The notes under the pieces were generated by a model. That model saw only the letters and a program-made list of their open reading frames with translations. It had not been told where the DNA came from and did no database searches. This document shows positions 62,024-64,000 of a stretch of 64,000 bases of DNA, piece after piece. Origin of the DNA: Verrucomicrobiota bacterium. GTDB taxonomy: Bacteria > Verrucomicrobiota > Verrucomicrobiia > Limisphaerales > AAA164-E04. Location: NCBI GenBank assembly GCA_047947115.1, contig CP170459.1, forward strand, positions 5,152,001-5,216,000. Direction: 5' to 3'. Position 1 is the stretch's first letter. Every line of letters starts with the position of its first letter. The position numbers were made by a program, and so were the translations under genes.

Positions 62024-62179
62024 ATGTCTCGGATGAACGGGGCACTCAGAGTCCAGTTAACAAAGCAGGAAAAGCAACTGATTCAAGCAGCTGCCGAAAA
62101 AGTTGGAGAATCTTTAACAGAATTCATCCATGAGGCGGCTCTGGACCGTTGCACAAAAGAAGCGGCTTACCAATTTTGA
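62024..62179 (+). CDS. Small ribbon-helix-helix protein (DUF1778/MobA-like), 51 aa
   Basis: MSRMNGALRVQLTKQEKQLIQAAAEKVGESLTEFIHEAALDRCTKEAAYQF*; below the ORF-track size cutoff. Confidence 0.7.
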   Translation: MSRMNGALRVQLTKQEKQLIQAAAEKVGESLTEFIHEAALDRCTKEAAYQF

Positions 62180-62669
62180 GGCGATCGACTCAGCTCCATA
62201 CAGGACACCTCGAAATGGTGATATCCGAAGAGCCATGAGAAGAAACCTCACGAAATGATCCAGAAATTTCTCCCCCCAGACCTTTGTTACCAGTCTACGT
62301 GATTACATGATTCACGTTCGAAGCCAGAAATTGGTGAAGCAACTTTGGACTGCGGTGATCACGGCAACGCTCTGGATACGCCAGGGAAACGCTGTGGTTT
62401 TCTGAAATCAATGGCAATCCACCCCTCATTACGGAACCTCTTCACGTAAATGTCTATGTCTGTTTTTTTTTGAACACTGCATGAATATTCGGACCGAATC
62501 CAGAGCGGTGCTGCACACCGCACTACAAATGGCGCCTGACTCATGCCAGTATTCTCGGGATCTGTTTGCCCCCCCAGTATCTTTATCCATTTTTTTTCAG
62601 ATCCGTGATTGACACCAACCCGGTTATTTGATTCATTTCTCGTTCCTATTCAAGGGAGACAATTCGATT

Positions 62670-62981
62670 ATGTACGCGGTTTTAGAAACAGGTAGCAAGC
62701 AATACCGAGTGAAATCCGGCGACACGCTGGTGGTGGAAAGATTGAATGTGGAAGCTGGACAAGCTGTCACGTTCGATAAGATTTTGATGGTCAACAACGA
62801 TGGCGACCTGAAGATTGGCGCGCCCACGTTGGATTCGGCCAGCATCGTTGCCGACGTGCTGGAACACAAGCGCGGCCCCAAGGTGCTGAGCTTCAAGAAG
62901 CGTCGCCGTAAAGGTTACCAGAAGACAATCGGTCACCGTCAGGAACAGACCGTCGTCCGAATCAAGGAAATCAACGCATAA
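62670..62981 (+). CDS. rplU: 50S ribosomal protein L21
   Basis: [25 protein letters not shown]. Confidence 0.98.
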   Translation: MYAVLETGSKQYRVKSGDTLVVERLNVEAGQAVTFDKILMVNNDGDLKIGAPTLDSASIVADVLEHKRGPKVLSFKKRRRKGYQKTIGHRQEQTVVRIKEINA

Positions 62982-62999
62982 GATAAAGAGGAATCGATC

Positions 63000-63254
63000 A
63001 TGGCACATAAGAAAGGACAAGGTAGTTCACGCAACGGTCGCGACAGTAACGCACAACGTCTTGGCGTCAAAAAGTTTGGCGGACAAGCTGTGCGTGCCGG
63101 CAACATCCTGATTCGTCAGCGCGGCAGCAAATTCGTCCCCGGCGTGAATGTCGGACAGGGACGTGACTGGACATTGTTTGCTTTGGAAGACGGCAAGGTT
63201 TTCTTCGACAAGAACAGCCGCCGCGTCAATGTGGAAGCCGTCGCTCAAAATTGA
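63000..63254 (+). CDS. rpmA: 50S ribosomal protein L27
   Basis: [20 protein letters not shown]. Confidence 0.99.
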   Translation: MAHKKGQGSSRNGRDSNAQRLGVKKFGGQAVRAGNILIRQRGSKFVPGVNVGQGRDWTLFALEDGKVFFDKNSRRVNVEAVAQN

Positions 63255-63299
63255 GGCGCGCGTCTAACCTGCAAATCAGACCACGATACAAACTTTCAC

Positions 63300-63326
63300 A
63301 AGGCGAGGCTAAGCCTCGCCTTTTTT
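63300..63326 (+). terminator. Intrinsic terminator after rpmA
   Basis: AAGGCGAGGC-TAA-GCCTCGCCTTTTTT. Confidence 0.85.
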
Positions 63327-63384
63327 CGTCCAAAATAGCACCTCTAATCGAGGTCTCCTCCTATTCAAACACTTACCGACATCC

Positions 63385-64000
63385 ATGTTTATTGATTCCG
63401 TAAAAATTCACGCTCGAGCCGGTCACGGCGGCAATGGATGTGTGGCTTTGCTCCGCGAAGCCTTTCGCCCAAAAGGTGGCCCATGCGGTGGTGACGGAGG
63501 CAAGGGTGGTGATATCGTGCTGGAAGCCAGTCATGATATCAACAACCTCATCGAACAATTTTACTCACCCCGTATCCACGCCAAGAACGGCATGCCCGGT
63601 CAAGGCAAAGGTAAAACCGGCAGGAGTGGCCCCAAAGTCATCGTGAAAGTGCCTTGTGGCACGACCGTTTGGCGTATCAGGGATCCACATGCAAAGAGTA
63701 TCGAACAGGCATACGACGCTTCGGATGAATCTGAGGATGACAGTGAGGAATTGGATGATCAATATTCCCCTGACTTGGGCGGCCTGAAATCGGCTCACAT
63801 CCGGCATCGAGGCAGCGAACGAGCGGTTGAGATTGACTTGGAAGAGGAGGATCCCGAGGAAGAACCGGAAGAATCCGAACCCATCAAGGAAATGATCGCC
63901 GACTTGACGGTGCATGGTCAGCAATTTCTGCTTTGCAAGGGCGGCAAAGGAGGTTTGGGAAACCAGCATTTCGCCAACTCCAAAAACCAGACCCCCCGAT
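63385..64000 (+). CDS. obgE: GTPase ObgE, partial (runs off the window)
   Basis: MFIDSVKIHARAGHGGNG...GGPCGGDGGKGG...VPCGT...KGGKGGLGNQHF; follows rplU-rpmA. Confidence 0.96.
   Translation, partial: MFIDSVKIHARAGHGGNGCVALLREAFRPKGGPCGGDGGKGGDIVLEASHDINNLIEQFYSPRIHAKNGMPGQGKGKTGRSGPKVIVKVPCGTTVWRIRDPHAKSIEQAYDASDESEDDSEELDDQYSPDLGGLKSAHIRHRGSERAVEIDLEEEDPEEEPEESEPIKEMIADLTVHGQQFLLCKGGKGGLGNQHFANSKNQTPR

Noticed and set aside
62200..62620. Riboswitch, ribosomal leader or toxin gene upstream of rplU
   Set aside because: No recognisable structure or toxin-like ORF; only a TTGACA at 62609 with a weak -10.

Overview
Mostly core chromosome of a bacterium that is probably in the PVC superphylum, most likely Verrucomicrobiota. 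That inference rests on a PVC-type CxxCH dehydrogenase, several DUF1080, sulfatase and ThuA proteins, an exosortase/EpsI pair, and a large secreted protein with a verrucomicrobial-style C-terminal tail. Housekeeping genes: gltB, aspS, cutA, hom-thrC-lysC, moeB-nusB-PHP-ftsY-SDR, bamD-lptE, recQ, trpS, rplU-rpmA-obgE (obgE runs off the end). Periplasmic and glycan-related genes are interspersed. No rRNA, tRNA, CRISPR array, transposase or prophage was recognised. The most notable item is a full-length HypF-like protein that keeps its zinc fingers but appears to have lost the catalytic motifs of all three enzymatic domains; it lies 18 nt upstream of a membrane Na+-pyrophosphatase, with no hydrogenase genes in the window. 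Other points: a composite GTAG-REP-like cluster next to a frameshifted truncated haemoglobin; several 9-bp-periodic intergenic repeats; a sigma-54-like promoter before a small orphan ORF; a NanM-Kelch/SSS transporter fusion; an uncalled 51-aa ribbon-helix-helix ORF; and two chimeric junctions plus homopolymer frameshifts that may be assembly artefacts. All family assignments come from motif recognition by eye, not from database searches.
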